The notes: generated by a model from the sequence alone, not told the origin. Shown: positions 12,559-26,369, counted from the whole stretch's first letter. The stretch: 63,842 nucleotides of DNA, filler included, from Atractiella rhizophila (GCA_021432655.1; 42 parts of 42 records of this genome joined end to end with filler, not necessarily neighbours in it); one strand, 5' to 3'. Translations and numbers: made by a program.

Positions 12559-14015
12559 GGTCGAGATGCCGCAGATGTTGGGAAGCGGACCATTCTACCA
12601 TCATCACACACAGGAAGTCCCCGCCAGATGAACCAGCAATTCCAAGATGCTATAGCGATTGTCAGGAACCGAGGTTCCCCTGCTATCTTCACAACTTTCA
12701 CTTGCAATCCATGGTTGCCAGAAATCATAGAAGCTCTACTTCCTGGGCAAACAGGTGCCAATTGACCAGACTTGCTCTCTAGAGTTTTTAACACAAAGGT
12801 GAAGGCTTACATGCAAGACGTCAAGGATAACTCAATCTTCGGACGGTCAGTCGGCTTCGTCTGGGTGATTGAATTTCAGAAATGTGGTCTCCCTCATGCT
12901 TATCATCCTTAATCCTGAAGATACCATCAGTGATGTCGAGGCGATTGACCGCATAATGTCTGGCGAATTTCCTGACAAGGATATGAATCCTGAATTGTTT
13001 GAGATTGTCTACACTCATATGCTTCATGGACCCTGTTGAGATATCAACCCAGATGCTCCATGCATGATAGATGATCCTAAAAATCTTGGAAGAAAGATCT
13101 GTGGCAAAGGGTTTCTGAAGCCATTCGTGGAAGAGACAGGCATCAGCAAGGATGGCTATCCCACCTACCGTCCCCATAACGATGGATGTACCTTTCAGAA
13201 ATCATGGAATGGATTTGTTTACAACAATCATTGGGTCATACCATTTAATGCTTTGTCCTTTGGCGCTTTATAGCTCATATCGATGTGGAACTTTGCATCT
13301 CCATCAAATCAATCAAGTACCTCTTCAAATACATCTACAAAGGAAATGATCGGGCATAACCTGTCCTTCATTGTGGCCGAGGCGATGTTAGGGTGGTGGA
13401 TGAGATTCAAGAGTACTTAGATGCTAGATTCATTGGATCTTCTGAAGGTAAGTGTTAAGAACTCCTCCTGAGATGATGTTAGGGCTTATTTGATACAATT
13501 TACAGCCTGTTATAGGATTTTCCATTTTACTTTACATCACCATTTTCCTGTGGTTATTCGCTTGGCAGTACGGCAGTACACCTTCCTAATCGGCATTCTG
13601 TGATCTTTAATCCTCAGGATGAGTCCTGGGTGACATTCTTGTCAGGAATAACATTGCCAAAACAATGTTGACAGAGTTCTTCACCTACTGTTGGGAAAAC
13701 CCCAACATTACTGAAGACCTTATCTATCCTAAGGCTCCTCAATTCCTTACGTGGAAGTCAGGCTCACGCTCTTGGAAAATCCGGGAGAAACAAGAAGCTA
13801 TTGGCCTTATCTACTATGTTGCGTCGTCACAAGGGGAGTTGTTCTATCTCCAAATGCTTCTGCATCAGGTCGCCAGTCCGAAATCTTTTGAGGATATACG
13901 AACAGTAGAGGGAACTGTCTATGAGACTTTCAAGGCTACATGTATGGCTCTTAGGCTATTAGAAAGTGACGAAGAAGGGGATTATTGCCTCAATGAAGCC
14001 AGCACAGTCAAGAAT
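12559..14015 (+). mobile_element. Helitron RepHel pseudogene (HUH Rep domain onward), with intron ~13448-13505
   Basis: ILPSSHTGSPRQM, FTTFTCNP, VIEFQKCGLPHA, MLHGPC, GYPTYR, KYLFKYIYKGNDR, DEIQEYLDARF, GELFYLQMLL; several stops. Confidence 0.95.
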
Positions 14016-14399
14016 NNNNNNNNNNNNNNNNNNNNNNNNNNNNNNNNNNNNNNNNNNNNTTAATTAATTAANNNNNNNNNNNNNNNNNNNNNNNNNNNNN
14101 NNNNNNNNNNNNNNNAAATTTGTGAACATAACATGTATTCCTCAGGCACAATCACATTTTTTGTCAAATAAAAAGGCAAACATTGCGCAGTTGTCCGTCA
14201 CGTGCCGTTACTGCTTTCATGCCTAACCAATCTAAACTCATGCTTCGAAAAGGCGTCCAGCAGTTTAGGCTGGCTTGAAGAGTATAAGATTTCTTCCAGG
14301 CGACGATTCCGATCCACAAGAAAGATGTGGTGGGTACACAGCCTCAATAACCTTCTTCCGAAATGCTCATGATGGTGAGTTAGCTGGCTGAGAGTGGTG

Positions 14400-14565
14400 T
14401 CCGGTTTGCATCTTACACAAATCGGCGCCCGTTCGCTGGATTGCGTCTCCTATCGCCCATTTGCGTTCCCCGCAAATCGGCACCTGTTCTCCCGTTTGCA
14501 TTCTATACAAATCTGCGAACCGTCGCCACTCTGCGTCTCCTATCGCCCGTTCGCCCATTTGCACC
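14400..14565 (+). repeat. Degenerate ~90-bp tandem repeat (about 2 copies)
   Basis: gtttgcat..acaaatc...tgcgtctcctatcgccc occurs twice. Confidence 0.7.
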
Positions 14566-15670
14566 TATATCACCAATTAGCCCAATTGTGCCTATCCTCC
14601 TCTTATTAACTTGGCATGATCCCACTGTCACTTCCCCCTTTTAGTTCTCTTACATGTTTTACCTGCTCTTCTCTACACTCTGTAGCAGTGCTATTCCGCT
14701 TGTATATATAGTTTGGAGAGTAGTGGAGGTGACCTTAGAGTATTCTCTTAGGTCTATCTCCACTACAGGTTAGTTTTCATGTCATATCATGCCCTTAGGT
14801 TTATCTCCACGACAGACGCATCGCCCATTGGCGACTGCACAGTGTCAGCCCTATCATTTTTCTTTCTGAGCAAAGACAGGAGTTATGCACACTGAATCGC
14901 TTCTCACAGTTTGCCAACATCAGTCTTTGGCCATAATTCTGTAATAAAGTTGAATAGCTCTCGAGTGACGGCTGATGACTCCTAGAACTAAGGTATTCCA
15001 TCTATGCAAGAAACTTAGTCATGAGTTTATTAAATCATTTTAAAAAATAGGCCTATACCTAATTCATATGGCTGAAAGTTCCTCCAAAGTCAGGAGGGGT
15101 TGTGCTCCAGTTTCCAAGAGTCTGACATTTGAGAGAACACCCAATTGCTTTCAAATTGTATGATAGCCCACAAACTGAGCGATAACCAGTTGGCACCAGC
15201 CCCTGCTTCTCAACTTTCATCGTGCAGCCTTTGATCAGACACTCCTCCTTATTATAGCCAGGAAAGGATTCAGGGGTCAGGACAAGCGGAGGTTCAACGA
15301 GAAATTTGTCCAGACAGTCAGAAACATTTCTTCGCGGTAAATGGTCGTAATCGGCAGTAGGAGGAATGAAAGAGGCCCATAGAGTGGAAGCCAGTGGGAA
15401 TGGCTTCTTGGTTAATCTACATTCCACTTGTAACCCAGAGACTTTAAAATAAGTACAGAATAGCATACCCCTCTGTCAAGGACTCAGTTAACAATTTTCC
15501 TATATTCTAACACTTGGGCAGCAAAGAATAGTGGCCCCTCTTCTCCCATAATACTTTTATTTTTCTTCCANNNNNNNNNNNNNNNNNNNNNNNNNNNNNN
15601 NNNNNNNNNNNNNNTTAATTAATTAANNNNNNNNNNNNNNNNNNNNNNNNNNNNNNNNNNNNNNNNNNNN

Positions 15671-17124
15671 AACTCGAGCACCTGTCGACCCTTCCACCTC
15701 CCCCCCTCCACTTCTTCCTCGTCGATGGGTTTAGCGACGATGTCGCCGTTCGCGAGGAAGTCGAGTAGGACGCCTCCTTGGATGTACGATCGCGGAGGGT
15801 AGGCGTATGGAGCCGCTGGCTCTTTCGGGAGGGAGAGAGGGTGTTGGGAGGAAGCGACGCGGGAGCGGGGGAGCGAGTTCGGTCCTGAGCTTGAAGTGGT
15901 GGAGCGGGGAGGAGTGGGAGGTGGAGAGGGGAGGGGGACGGCGTCTTCTTCTCCATCGTCCTCTTCGGCGACGAAGGAGGGCGCGGTCTTCCACGTCCCT
16001 TTGGGATCCACATCCGTTGCTTCCGTTGGCACTCGAGAGTGAGAGGCATGGTGGACCTTGGAGGGAAGGGCAGGCGGAGGGCCACGGAGCGCACCCTCGT
16101 CGAAGGGCTCCATATGCGAGGGATAGCCACTGTCAATGGACTCTTCCTGTCGACGGCCGGGGAGGGTAGGAGCGACTTCTACAAGTCGATTCTCAAAGGC
16201 CATCGCGCGCGGCATCTCCCATCTTTCCTTTTCGTGTGGCAAATCCTTCTCTGGCTTCCTTGGTCCTTCCTCTTCCTCTTCCTCCTTCTCATTCTCGATC
16301 ACTCCAGACTCCACAGCAGGAGGGAGAGACTGCATGACGTTGAGCCGGCTGTCTTTGACAGGCGGCGCAGGCGCATCTATGTCTGGTGCAGCTCGTAATT
16401 GATGCACCTCGCTATTGGCAGCTGAGTAGGGGTTGTAGAGCTTGCTAGGAGTGGGGAGGAGGTTCGAAGGGTCCCTAGAATGCGTCCCATCTCCATCTGC
16501 GTGTGCATACAAATGCTCATCATGTTGCGGATGTTGCGGATGTTGAGGGTGAGAATGAGGGGATGGAGAGAGGAGGCGGGTGTAGAACTGGGAGGCAGAG
16601 TCTGATGGTAAGATGGTACCGTCTCTCTCGTGTGAGGAAGTGAGCAGGACAGATTCAGGAAGATAGACTTGTGAAGGATCTACAGCATGAGGCTGAGCGT
16701 GAACGTCTTGAGGATGGCGTTGTTGGAGAGTTTGGCCTGGTGTTGCAGCGGTGGTGAAAACAGCAGAAGGCGCGACTTGTGGTACATTCTGCTTTGGATT
16801 CTGTGCTGGAGTGGTTACCTCTCCTACGAGCACCTCATTCATTCCCTTCCCCTACAGAAAAGGATGGCATGAAAACGCACCCGGGACTTGATATGCCTCG
16901 TCATCTCCCTCCAACAAGCGCTCATCAATGACCTTCAGCGCCGCCTCCAGCTTTTCCTTGTCCTTCGAGCTTCCAAAATCCTGATAAATCTCCTCTTCAA
17001 CATCATCATCGGACGGGTGCAACTCCGCACCAAACCTGATCGCCTTCTTCACGGTCGAACCTAGAGTCTTCGCACCCCCGTCCTCCTCCTCAGGATCAGG
17101 ATGGGAATGAGGATCGTTAGGATC
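15671..17124 (-). CDS. Hypothetical low-complexity (P/E/S/H-rich) protein, partial
   Basis: One reading frame spans the contig, interrupted only by a TAG at 16854-16852. Confidence 0.6.
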
Positions 17125-19869
17125 NNNNNNNNNNNNNNNNNNNNNNNNNNNNNNNNNNNNNNNNNNNNTTAATTAATTAANNNNNNNNNNNNNNNNNNNN
17201 NNNNNNNNNNNNNNNNNNNNNNNNGCTGACCACACTAAGACAACACCATGAAATTTAATAGCTAATCCAACACTCCCACCTGGGCAGCCGCCTCTTGAAG
17301 CTCCCACCAAATCCAACAATCACCCAAGAAAGCTCCCACCGAATATAAACAGCATCAAATGGTATGACACAAAGAAAACATGTTAATTGTTTGTCTAAAT
17401 CCACTAGAGACATCCTCGTACCGCTTAGAGCGGCGTCTTATAACCCCAGAAGGAGGACAGAGTTTTATTGCGCCCCATAACTGCCTCATGCACTTGGGTA
17501 GGGGCGCAGACCCATCATTTTGTTGAACCTTGGGTATAAAGGGTTAATCTGCACTGTTGGGAATGACTGGTCATTTTAGTGCAATTGGCTAAATCCAGCA
17601 GTTTCCTGGTGTTGTCTTCAAGAGAATCTGATGCTGGATAGAACTAGTGGACAGGAGTTGGTGGTTAAAGATGATTACCCAAACCATCCCCTAGGAGGCA
17701 AAACTACAAAGTGGCTAAACACAGCAAAGGTGGCTGATCTTACAAACACAAGACTATAAAATATCACACCTAATCCAAGGGGATGACAAACCTAAAAAAC
17801 ATTGGCAAGACACTGATTCTGAGTGGGACAAACTCTGACAACGTTGTAGTTATTGTGAAAAGGATGTGAAACAGTTGTCTACCTGTCTTGTCGCTGAAGC
17901 AACTTCTTCTCAGTGCACATACATGACTCCAATTATCCTAGCTCTACCTCCACAATCATGCATAGTTCTATATCATACCATGACAACACCAAGTTGATAA
18001 TCAGAGTCAACATCCCTTCCATCCTTTCAACCTCACCTGCTCCACCATATACCTTCGTACCTTCTTGCAGTATTACTTCACATTCATGTTCATGTATGCC
18101 GGCTCCTTGATCACACTAGGCTTAATCTCTGTCTCAACCAGTCTCAACCCCCTATCCCACAGGAACAGAATAACCTATTACCATTTATGGTTGGCCTCTA
18201 TCACCTTAGGGTCAATTGTATGTTGCGATGTTCAAATCACAAGTGGCTACATAGTAGATGCTCACAAATTGTGCCACACCTACTGCTATACGTTGATTCT
18301 ATGAACGACTAGAACGAATCAAATTGACATACAAGGGAGGCTGCATATACCTCTGAAAGATGAAATCAAAACGAATATACAACTAGCGATGAGCCTAAGG
18401 ACGTCAACAAGGTCCGAATGTGAACCCAAACCTAACAGTAAATTGGGAGTGGTCTATTAAGAACTATCCAAGAAGAAAGATGCTGCACACTCCCCAGTAC
18501 CGACTTTGGGAAAAAGGAACAACAAAGATTGGGAATTGTATATGTTCCTATTATCAAAAGTGAAAGGTTGTATACAAAGTACCAAATAAAACATTAAATA
18601 GTACATTGTTATTAACAAAGTACACACTGTTCCTTATCAATAAGCGTGTGGATGCCAAATCATCATATCGCCCAANNNNNNNNNNNNNNNNNNNNNNNNN
18701 NNNNNNNNNNNNNNNNNNNTTAATTAATTAANNNNNNNNNNNNNNNNNNNNNNNNNNNNNNNNNNNNNNNNNNNNTCTGTCACTTCTCCATCCACATTCA
18801 TTCCTCCTGGAACTGAGTGTACTACGATTACTATGACAATGGAGGCGGCTGAACTTGTGCCAGGGGGATTCACCAATCAGGCGGGAAGTGGTGACAATGG
18901 TGCTCAGGAACCTATTAAGGATCTTGTGGACGATGTTTCTACTGGCACAGGGTTTGATGCAGGTAGTTACATCCCTCCCGCTGCAGCAGATCCATCGGCA
19001 GGTGCACGCTCTGTTGTTACCCGTCGCGCTGATCTTACTTACGGTGCAGGTGCATCGTCCCTCCTCCTCCTCGCTAACGGTGCGTTCTCCGACCTACCCC
19101 CCGCGGTCCTAATTCTCACCTTGCCCCAGCTGTTCACGCTTCAACCAGTGCTCAGCATCCCAGGCCAATCATAGGACATCCAACTTTTGAAACAGAAGGT
19201 TGTCTTTTTGCACTTCTTTTGCCTTGACTGATATTTGCTTATAGCGTCACACCCTCACGCTCCTCAGAAAACCGCATGGCCCAGCTCTCGTCTCCAGCCT
19301 GATATTCCTGCAGGTTCTATGCTCAGTACGTCTGATGCTGCTCTGCAGAGCAGACAAGTCGGATATATTTCAACTGCAGGTCTGTCTGTCATCTCATCAA
19401 ATTAGCTGCTCTCCATGCAAGATAGAACATTCCACTCAAATCCCAACCAGCGAGCAACCACCTCCTGCCAGCCTCACCTCCCTAACCCAATTGCTCAATC
19501 TACCTTCCGGATCGATCCCACCTCCTACCCTCCCTTCTGTCGCGATTCCGAGAGTCCAGAAACCCATCGGTGCGACCGCAATGTGTGGTGGAAGTGTGGG
19601 TGTGAGCAAAATTGGAGATGGCGGCAGAAGTGTGGGGGTGCGATTGCGAGTGGAGGTGGTGGCGGAGGTGTAGATACGACGAATGGTGCACGTTCTGGAT
19701 TTGGAACGGGAGGACGTGGGGAACATGAAAGAGGGAAGTGAGCAGTGGATGGCGGTGGAGATGTTTCTGGAGGCAGCGGTGTGTGTTCACATTCATCCTC
19801 AAATGGATCTAATGGCAGTGAATAGTCTCGAGGAGCACGAGGGAGATTAGCGGAAAGTAAGCCTTTTCA

Positions 19870-20177
19870 GTATGGCTTTTACAGCGCAGTACCTGATAGC
19901 AGGATCAGATTAGCTTACAAGAATGCTAGTCATGCTTCGTGGGCAGCTGCGAACCCTGGAAAGTCAGCAAAAGAGGCGCGCAGAGCTATCGGAGCAGAGT
20001 ACTCTTTGCTAGGAGACGGGAGGCAGCAGGCAAGTTGATTTTCGCCTGTGCTCGAAACAGAACATGACACTGACCATCATACGTATTCATGCACTGCAGT
20101 TCTGGCGCAAGGTTGGTAAAGGGCTGGATCAAGTACCTCTGGACATTGTCTTCCCTTACCCGCCAGCTCTTGCTTAG
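19870..20177 (+). CDS. Possible HMG-box-like C-terminal segment
   Basis: LAYKNASHASWAAANPGKSAKEARRAIGAEYSLLGDGRQQ | putative GC-AG intron 20030-20099 | FWRKVG; weak resemblance only. Confidence 0.25.
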
Positions 20178-20324
20178 AATTGACAGTAAGGACTTATCAG
20201 TACTTCCACTCTCGCTGATGCGGANNNNNNNNNNNNNNNNNNNNNNNNNNNNNNNNNNNNNNNNNNNNTTAATTAATTAANNNNNNNNNNNNNNNNNNNN
20301 NNNNNNNNNNNNNNNNNNNNNNNN

Positions 20325-20883
20325 TGTCCTGCTCCATTCCAGTTCAGTGTCACAGAAGCTCATTTTGAAGCAGACCGGCAAATGCTCAGGAATTGTATAA
20401 CCTGCGTCATGTGCAAGCTTGCAATGCAGCTGAGCGAGCATTTGGAGCAATAATGCGGCGCTTTGCCATCCTTGAACTGATGAGAGAGTACAAGTTTGAA
20501 ACACAGGTTTGTAACTTCAATCTGTGCATGTGTGGTCCATCTAACTCTTTGGCTAGGCCATTCTGATCCCCGCTCTTTGTCTGATTCATAACTTCATACT
20601 ACATTACGAGCCGTTTGAAATCAACGAATTCGAGCTCGAGACCCTCGATGCGGAAATTCAAGAGGCTGCAGTGCGGGATCGGAACAGAAACAGCAGTGCC
20701 GGGTCACTAGGAAGAAGTTCTGTTAGCGGTGCGGAGTATCAGCGAGCATTAGCAGAGCGGGATAGAATTGTACAGGCGATGTGGAATCAGTATGATGTCA
20801 CGGTACTAAGGAGAGAAAGAACGGGGCAGAGAGGCAGAGAGGCAGAGGAAATGGGAGAGGGAGGACTTGAAGGGACTTTGTAG
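20325..20883 (+). mobile_element. PIF/Harbinger DDE transposase, C-terminus
   Basis: PANAQELYNLRH...NAAERAFGAIMRRFAIL, LIHNFI, RDRIVQAMWNQY. Confidence 0.9.
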
Positions 20884-20975
20884 GATACAGACTCAGAGCA
20901 GTGGCAATTTCAAGCAGTAAAGACAGTGCATTTCAAGAGAGGGTAAAGAACATTTTGAGGATCAAGCAGCTATTG

Positions 20976-21768
20976 CTAGACAGAAGTGACACCAAATTTC
21001 TGATAGACATCAGACATATATTCCTGCCTATCGTCATCCGCTTCTTCTTCTTTAAGTCCTAGGTAAACTTCGACAATAGCAGGATGTTCCGTGAACAACT
21101 CGAAGACTCCCACTATGCTGAAATCAACAAACAATTTATCTTGAATTCGGAACAAATTGCAAGCTTCCTGGAGCGGCATAGTAGCTGGAGTGGGAGGTTT
21201 CTGATCAGGAATAATGTAACCATCGGTGAATGCTCCTGCAGCCGCCCGTTAAATAACAGAACAGAGAAAGCAGCAATGACAAACCTTGACGGAGCAAGAT
21301 ATTGAAATCCGTGAAGGACTCGCCAATACTCGCTAATCCCATTGCTCCAGTCATTCTGATTCTCTTAGAAGGTCCGGCAGAGAGGGTGTTGGGATCAGCA
21401 GGCCGTTTCTTGTTGCTGTTCATGGCAGGAGTAGCAACATCCGTTTGTTCCTTGATGACTGGTTAGATCAGCAAATACACGAGCAAGGCTAAGAAAAGAC
21501 GCACCTTTTCTTCATCCGAAGCAGCAGCCCACTCATCTGCCAGCTGTCTGTCCCTCTCCTCCACCATCATAGAATGACCCTCCATCAACTCTGAGTCTTC
21601 TGCTCCAGGATCAATTGCTGCCGCCCCTGTCGCCGCTGAGTCCTGGCATATTTTGAGCATCTTTGGCCAGAGGGGCCAAGGATCACGGAACTTCTTGTTC
21701 TTCGGATTCTTCTATTCGGTTACAATTGTTAGAACTAGTGGAAAAAGCGAAAGCAAAGCACACACCTC
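20976..21768 (-). mobile_element. PIF/Harbinger second ORF (Myb/SANT-type partner), degenerate, convergent with the transposase
   Basis: NPKNKKFRDPWPLWPKMLKIC...ATG motif, introns, tail-to-tail arrangement typical of two-gene Harbinger elements. Confidence 0.65.
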
Positions 21769-22239
21769 NNNNNNNNNNNNNNNNNNNNNNNNNNNNNNNN
21801 NNNNNNNNNNNNTTAATTAATTAANNNNNNNNNNNNNNNNNNNNNNNNNNNNNNNNNNNNNNNNNNNNGCCTTAGGTTGTTGGGTATTCTCCCCAGTTGA
21901 TTCATGAGGCAAGGCTATGAGGAGCCATATCGCATGAGGCGTAAGAAGTTCAATATTCCTTTGATCACGTGAGGAACGTTCTTTAGCAGGGAACGGCTAC
22001 ATTCACCCATTAAAGAGCATCATTCTGTTGATCGTATGAGCACTTGATGTTCTCCTTGATCGCAAGAAAAGCTGCTAGTTCATGACAGTTAAAGATTCTC
22101 TTGATCGTCTGCAGCGCTGGTAACCTTTTATCGGCTCCTGAGGAGGTATTCATTCTCTTCGATCACATGAAGCGTCAGCATTTTTTGACAATCTTAAAAC
22201 GGTTGCAAATACAAGTTCTGACTGAATTCCACGCGATCA

Positions 22240-23303
22240 AGGATGTTCCTGCGATATCCCTCTCACACCTATCAGTTCACATGGCGCTCTACCCAAACTG
22301 ACCTTCCTAGGATGTCCACCACTCATCATCTCCTTCATTCGCTAATTCATGACAGCTATTCGACCTCCGACCAAAGCCAAGCCTCAAGCCTACATGGAAA
22401 AGGTCGTCGACGACTTTGGTCTCCGAGGATACTTCAAGACCTCACATGAAGTCGTGGGTGCTCGTTAGGACGCGGAATCCTCACACTGGATTGTGAAGGT
22501 CGTACCGGACGGGAAGAGGGAGGAGGCTTTTGAAGACTGGTGCAACTTCTTTATCAACGGTTCCGGTGCGCCATCCTCTCTTTCTTCATCCATTTCAAGC
22601 GTAAGAAGGTTGATGGAAGCTTGGTAGGGCTGTGAACGCCTAGAAGTGGCCAGACATCAAAGGTCTCCATAACTTTAACGGAAAATTCACGCATACTGCA
22701 GCGTGGGATAGGTCATTTTCGCTCAAGGTAAAGAAGGTCGCTTTGATCGGAGTCGGATCCTCGGCACTTCAGGTGCTCCTAACATTCAGGGAGAGGTCGA
22801 ACACGTCAGTAGGTCCAAGACTTGGATTACACCCTCTTTTGCGGCCAGTACGCTGGACCTGGAGGATGCAATTTTGATTGCGACGACGAGAGTAAAGAGG
22901 AGTTTAGGAAGGCTGAGGTCAAACATCGGGAGTAGTATGTTTTCTTCGTCCTTTGCATATAAAACGTTTGCTGATTGATGTGCTGGTGTTGATGCAGCAT
23001 CCAGAATATCTAGTTTGAAGTGAACAAGCGATGGAAATTCGTCATTAAGGATTCGGCGGCGCAGAAGGAGATCTTCGACTTTTCCAAGGAGGAGATGATT
23101 TGAACGGCAGACAAGATCTGATCGATATCCTTGTCCCCAATTTCGCCGTCGGTTCTTCTCTCATCTCTCCAACAACTTCTCTGCCCACATACTGATTTTC
23201 ATTCGTCTATGGGTAGATTGTCGTCGTCTCACGCGGGCTCCTGGGTCACGAGATACGGATCTGTAAGCACTGCAAATGCGAGCCACAAAAGCGATGGGAC
23301 TCG
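22240..23303 (+). pseudogene. Baeyer-Villiger/flavin-binding monooxygenase pseudogene
   Basis: DVPA..YQFTW, FFINGSG, *KWPDIKGL, fingerprint FNGKFTHTAAWD, KKVALIGVGSSALQV; many stops and frameshifts. Confidence 0.88.
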
Positions 23304-23403
23304 NNNNNNNNNNNNNNNNNNNNNNNNNNNNNNNNNNNNNNNNNNNNTTAATTAATTAANNNNNNNNNNNNNNNNNNNNNNNNNNNNNNNNNNNNNNNNN
23401 NNN

Positions 23404-24095
23404 GTTTTCATGCCCGCCTGCTCTCCACCCGGTACCCGCCAGCATCCAGGCTAGCATCTCTATGCACCGCTCGAGCTTTCCCCTCCTATCACAGCACAAC
23501 CCCTGCGACCAATGTTTAATCATCCATGCCCACCGTGAGATGTACCACGAGTATAGAAAGCGGAGAGACGGATCGTGATAATGTAAGAGGCAGGGTTCAC
23601 GAGCTGTGTGGGTTTGGTAGTGTTTTAGATGGAGGGAAATGGAGTGTATGTACGCATACTGCAATCCATTACTATCGGTCGACTTGCACTGGAACAAGAA
23701 GACACTCATCCAGCACAAAAGAGTGAAAATAAGCAGAATGAGCCAACCTGACAAACATCCCTCCGCTGCCGACCTGATCACCAGCTGAATCGGACTTGAT
23801 ACAGCTTTTGTCATTTCTTGATACACTTCCAACCACAACTCCCCACTATCTGATCACTGACTGAGACTAAGCTGATACAATTGCATATGATTACTGGCGT
23901 GCTGCTGACCACAACTCCTTGTTCCCTGAGTACTACTTGGAATGTGCCTGATCGAGCCGCCTAGAGTTTCTGATGCGCTTCTGATCACACAATCTCGGGG
24001 TATTGACTAGCTGGTCACTCACAGTCACTTAGCCGAGCCCTGATGGCGCCGATGGCCTGATCAATGTTGGTCAGTCAGTAAAGCTTTTTACGATG
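23404..24095 (-). mobile_element. Putative left end of a Plavaka-like element inserted in a Helitron
   Basis: Starts CATCGTAAAAAGCTTTACTGACTGACCA, an imperfect inverted match to 40835-40864; several TGATCA subterminal motifs. Confidence 0.55.
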
Positions 24096-24630
24096 GAGGA
24101 AGATAGTTGGTATTCTGATCACTAACTCTCTCAAAGAAATTCTGACCATCAGGACGTTGAAGTTTATCTACAATGTCCCTTGTGATACCTGCTGTAACTC
24201 CTGACTGTTCGCTGATGAGAAGCACTGCAATTTCTCCTATGGCATGACCTGTTGGCCTATTGTATCATCGAGGGTCCCGATCAGTAGGATCAATAGTTCA
24301 AATCGGATTATCCCCCATGTGCTCTCTTGCTGTTTTATAAATTCTAGCCAGGGGTTAACTCGCCACATCATTTCTTGTAACTTCCTCAAAGTCCCTTCCT
24401 TGAGTTTGTGCTATCCAACAGTCTCTACTCTTTGTCGAATCTGCTCTTCAGAATCCAGCATATAGATTTGTGCGAACCGTTCATCTCCACCAGAATCAGG
24501 TAGCAAAGCTCCAATGTGATGGCACAGCTTCTCTTGAATCCGGAAAGAGTAAACTCCTTGCCCAGGAATAGGAGGCTGCTTGACTCCAAGAGAAGTACAG
24601 GAAAGAGCATTATTGTCGGACCGGATATTA
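24096..24630 (-). mobile_element. Helitron RepHel N-terminal region, degenerate
   Basis: NIRSDNNALSCTSLG, GVYSFRIQ..LCHHIGALLP, FAQIYMLD, DPR*YNRPT..GEIAV, RVSDQNTNYLP. Confidence 0.88.
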
Positions 24631-24838
24631 GAGAGGGTTAGGAAATTCAAAAAAGTTTCTTGAATTTTCAAATAAATTGTAAAATGCAATAGGAATGTCG
24701 AAATACAGTCACTGAGCTTGTAGCTGCAATTCTGTTCTTGCTATGGTTGCTGTGGACTGAGGGAGAGCTGTTTGAAGTCATGGAATTTTGAGGGGGAACA
24801 TAAATCACGTGCGGCACTTTCTGGGAACGACATTCACC
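24631..24838 (-). mobile_element. Right end of a second copy of the GAGAGGG-TIR element
   Basis: Near-identical reverse complement of ~62068-62275, including the TIR; flanked by TATTA. Confidence 0.9.
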
Positions 24839-24938
24839 NNNNNNNNNNNNNNNNNNNNNNNNNNNNNNNNNNNNNNNNNNNNTTAATTAATTAANNNNNN
24901 NNNNNNNNNNNNNNNNNNNNNNNNNNNNNNNNNNNNNN

Positions 24939-26369
24939 AACTGTTAAGAGGAGAGTCATGTCAATGGCAAAGGAAGTTAGGTGCCGATTGAGTGAGAAGT
25001 TCCAGGTAAGTCTTTCAACGGGTATGCTGACCACATATTCATTACTGGTCCTAGGCCCTGGACACAAAGATCCACCTGGCTCAAGATTTATGGACCTCCG
25101 ACAATTGCTATGCCTTTTTGGCCATTGTTGCTTCATTCATCAGCGATGACTGGGGACTAGAAGAGGTTTTAATCGACTTCCAAGAGCTTGCACATACAGG
25201 AGAAGCCATTGCGGAGGCACTTATGAAGATGATTGAGGACTATGGTATTGATAGGCAGGTATGTCGTCAACTGCCTTTTAACACATTATCTTAACTTACC
25301 TTTGTAAACTCTTGCAGCTAGGATACATCACCGGAGATGGGGCCTCAAATAATACGACTGCTGTGGGAGCAATTGAATCACAAATGCTTGATCGTAGGAT
25401 CCCCTTCAACGCAAAAGAACGCCACATGTTCTGTACTCCACACGTCATTCATCCTGCTGCCATGGAACTTCTGAAAGTCATAGGTGCATTCCCTGAGAAG
25501 GAGAAAGAGGATGAGGCAAAGGGATCAGTCGCATGGCAAGAGGAAGTCACTAGGAAAATCAAGTTGGGGGGAGAGCTACCGTTTGAAGACAATACGGATA
25601 TTGATGTTCAGGTTGGAATGGTGAAGGAAACCCTGGCTAAGTTATGTCTTTTTCTCTTATTATATTGCTAATTACTGTTAACAGCTTCGTTATATTGTCA
25701 AACATCTTCGTTTGACACCTCAAAGGCGGAGGGGATGGTTCAAGGTACTTGAGGAAACACTTGACGGGCTTGGAACTCTGTCAAATGAGCAGCCTCGTTG
25801 GTCGTCGACACATGACATGCTCGTGCTCTGCCTTCGATATCGGGAGGCAATAGAGAAGTATGTTGATCAATGTGGGCTAGAGCGGCAAAAGTTGCGGAAT
25901 TCGGAGTGGGAGGTTGAAGTGGTCACGAAATGGCTCGAATCGTTCCGCAATGCGACTATCAAGATGTCGACAACATCCTCTCCATCCCTCTCATCAACGA
26001 TAGGAGTATATTATGGACTGATGGGAGAACTGAAGGAGTTCATTGTGACAATGCCTGGGACCCTTCCGAAGCCATTTCGAGATGGTTTGGTGAAGGCCCA
26101 TCTCAAGTTGAGCACCTACAACGCTGTCTTGGATGATTTGCCTTACCCCCTGTGGTCTGTTTGTGAGTAACTTGTGTTCCTTAAACATCTTTAACCTCAT
26201 GCTGGTTAGTTCTTGACCCACGACTGAATCACCATTTCCTTTCAAATCCTATTTTTGATGAGCATAGGGAAATGATTGCAGCTAGCAAGGCCGCCTTGAT
26301 CGAACATTTCAAGACCAACTACCTTCGTAAAAGCCAACCACCATCTTCCCACCCCTCTTCTCCATCCGA
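24939..26369 (+). mobile_element. hAT transposase, degenerate, intron-containing
   Basis: HLAQDLWTSDN..AFLAIVASFISDDW, HTGEAIA, ITGDGASNN, CTPHVIH, RWSSTHDML. Confidence 0.92.

Noticed and set aside
17225..18675. ORF-poor contig, possibly an endogenous virus
   Set aside because: No recognisable motif; most likely a decayed repeat.
24411..24689. ORF apparently giving the Helitron a novel N-terminus (MHFTIYLKIQETF)
   Set aside because: Chance read-through from the inserted TIR element into the Helitron frame.
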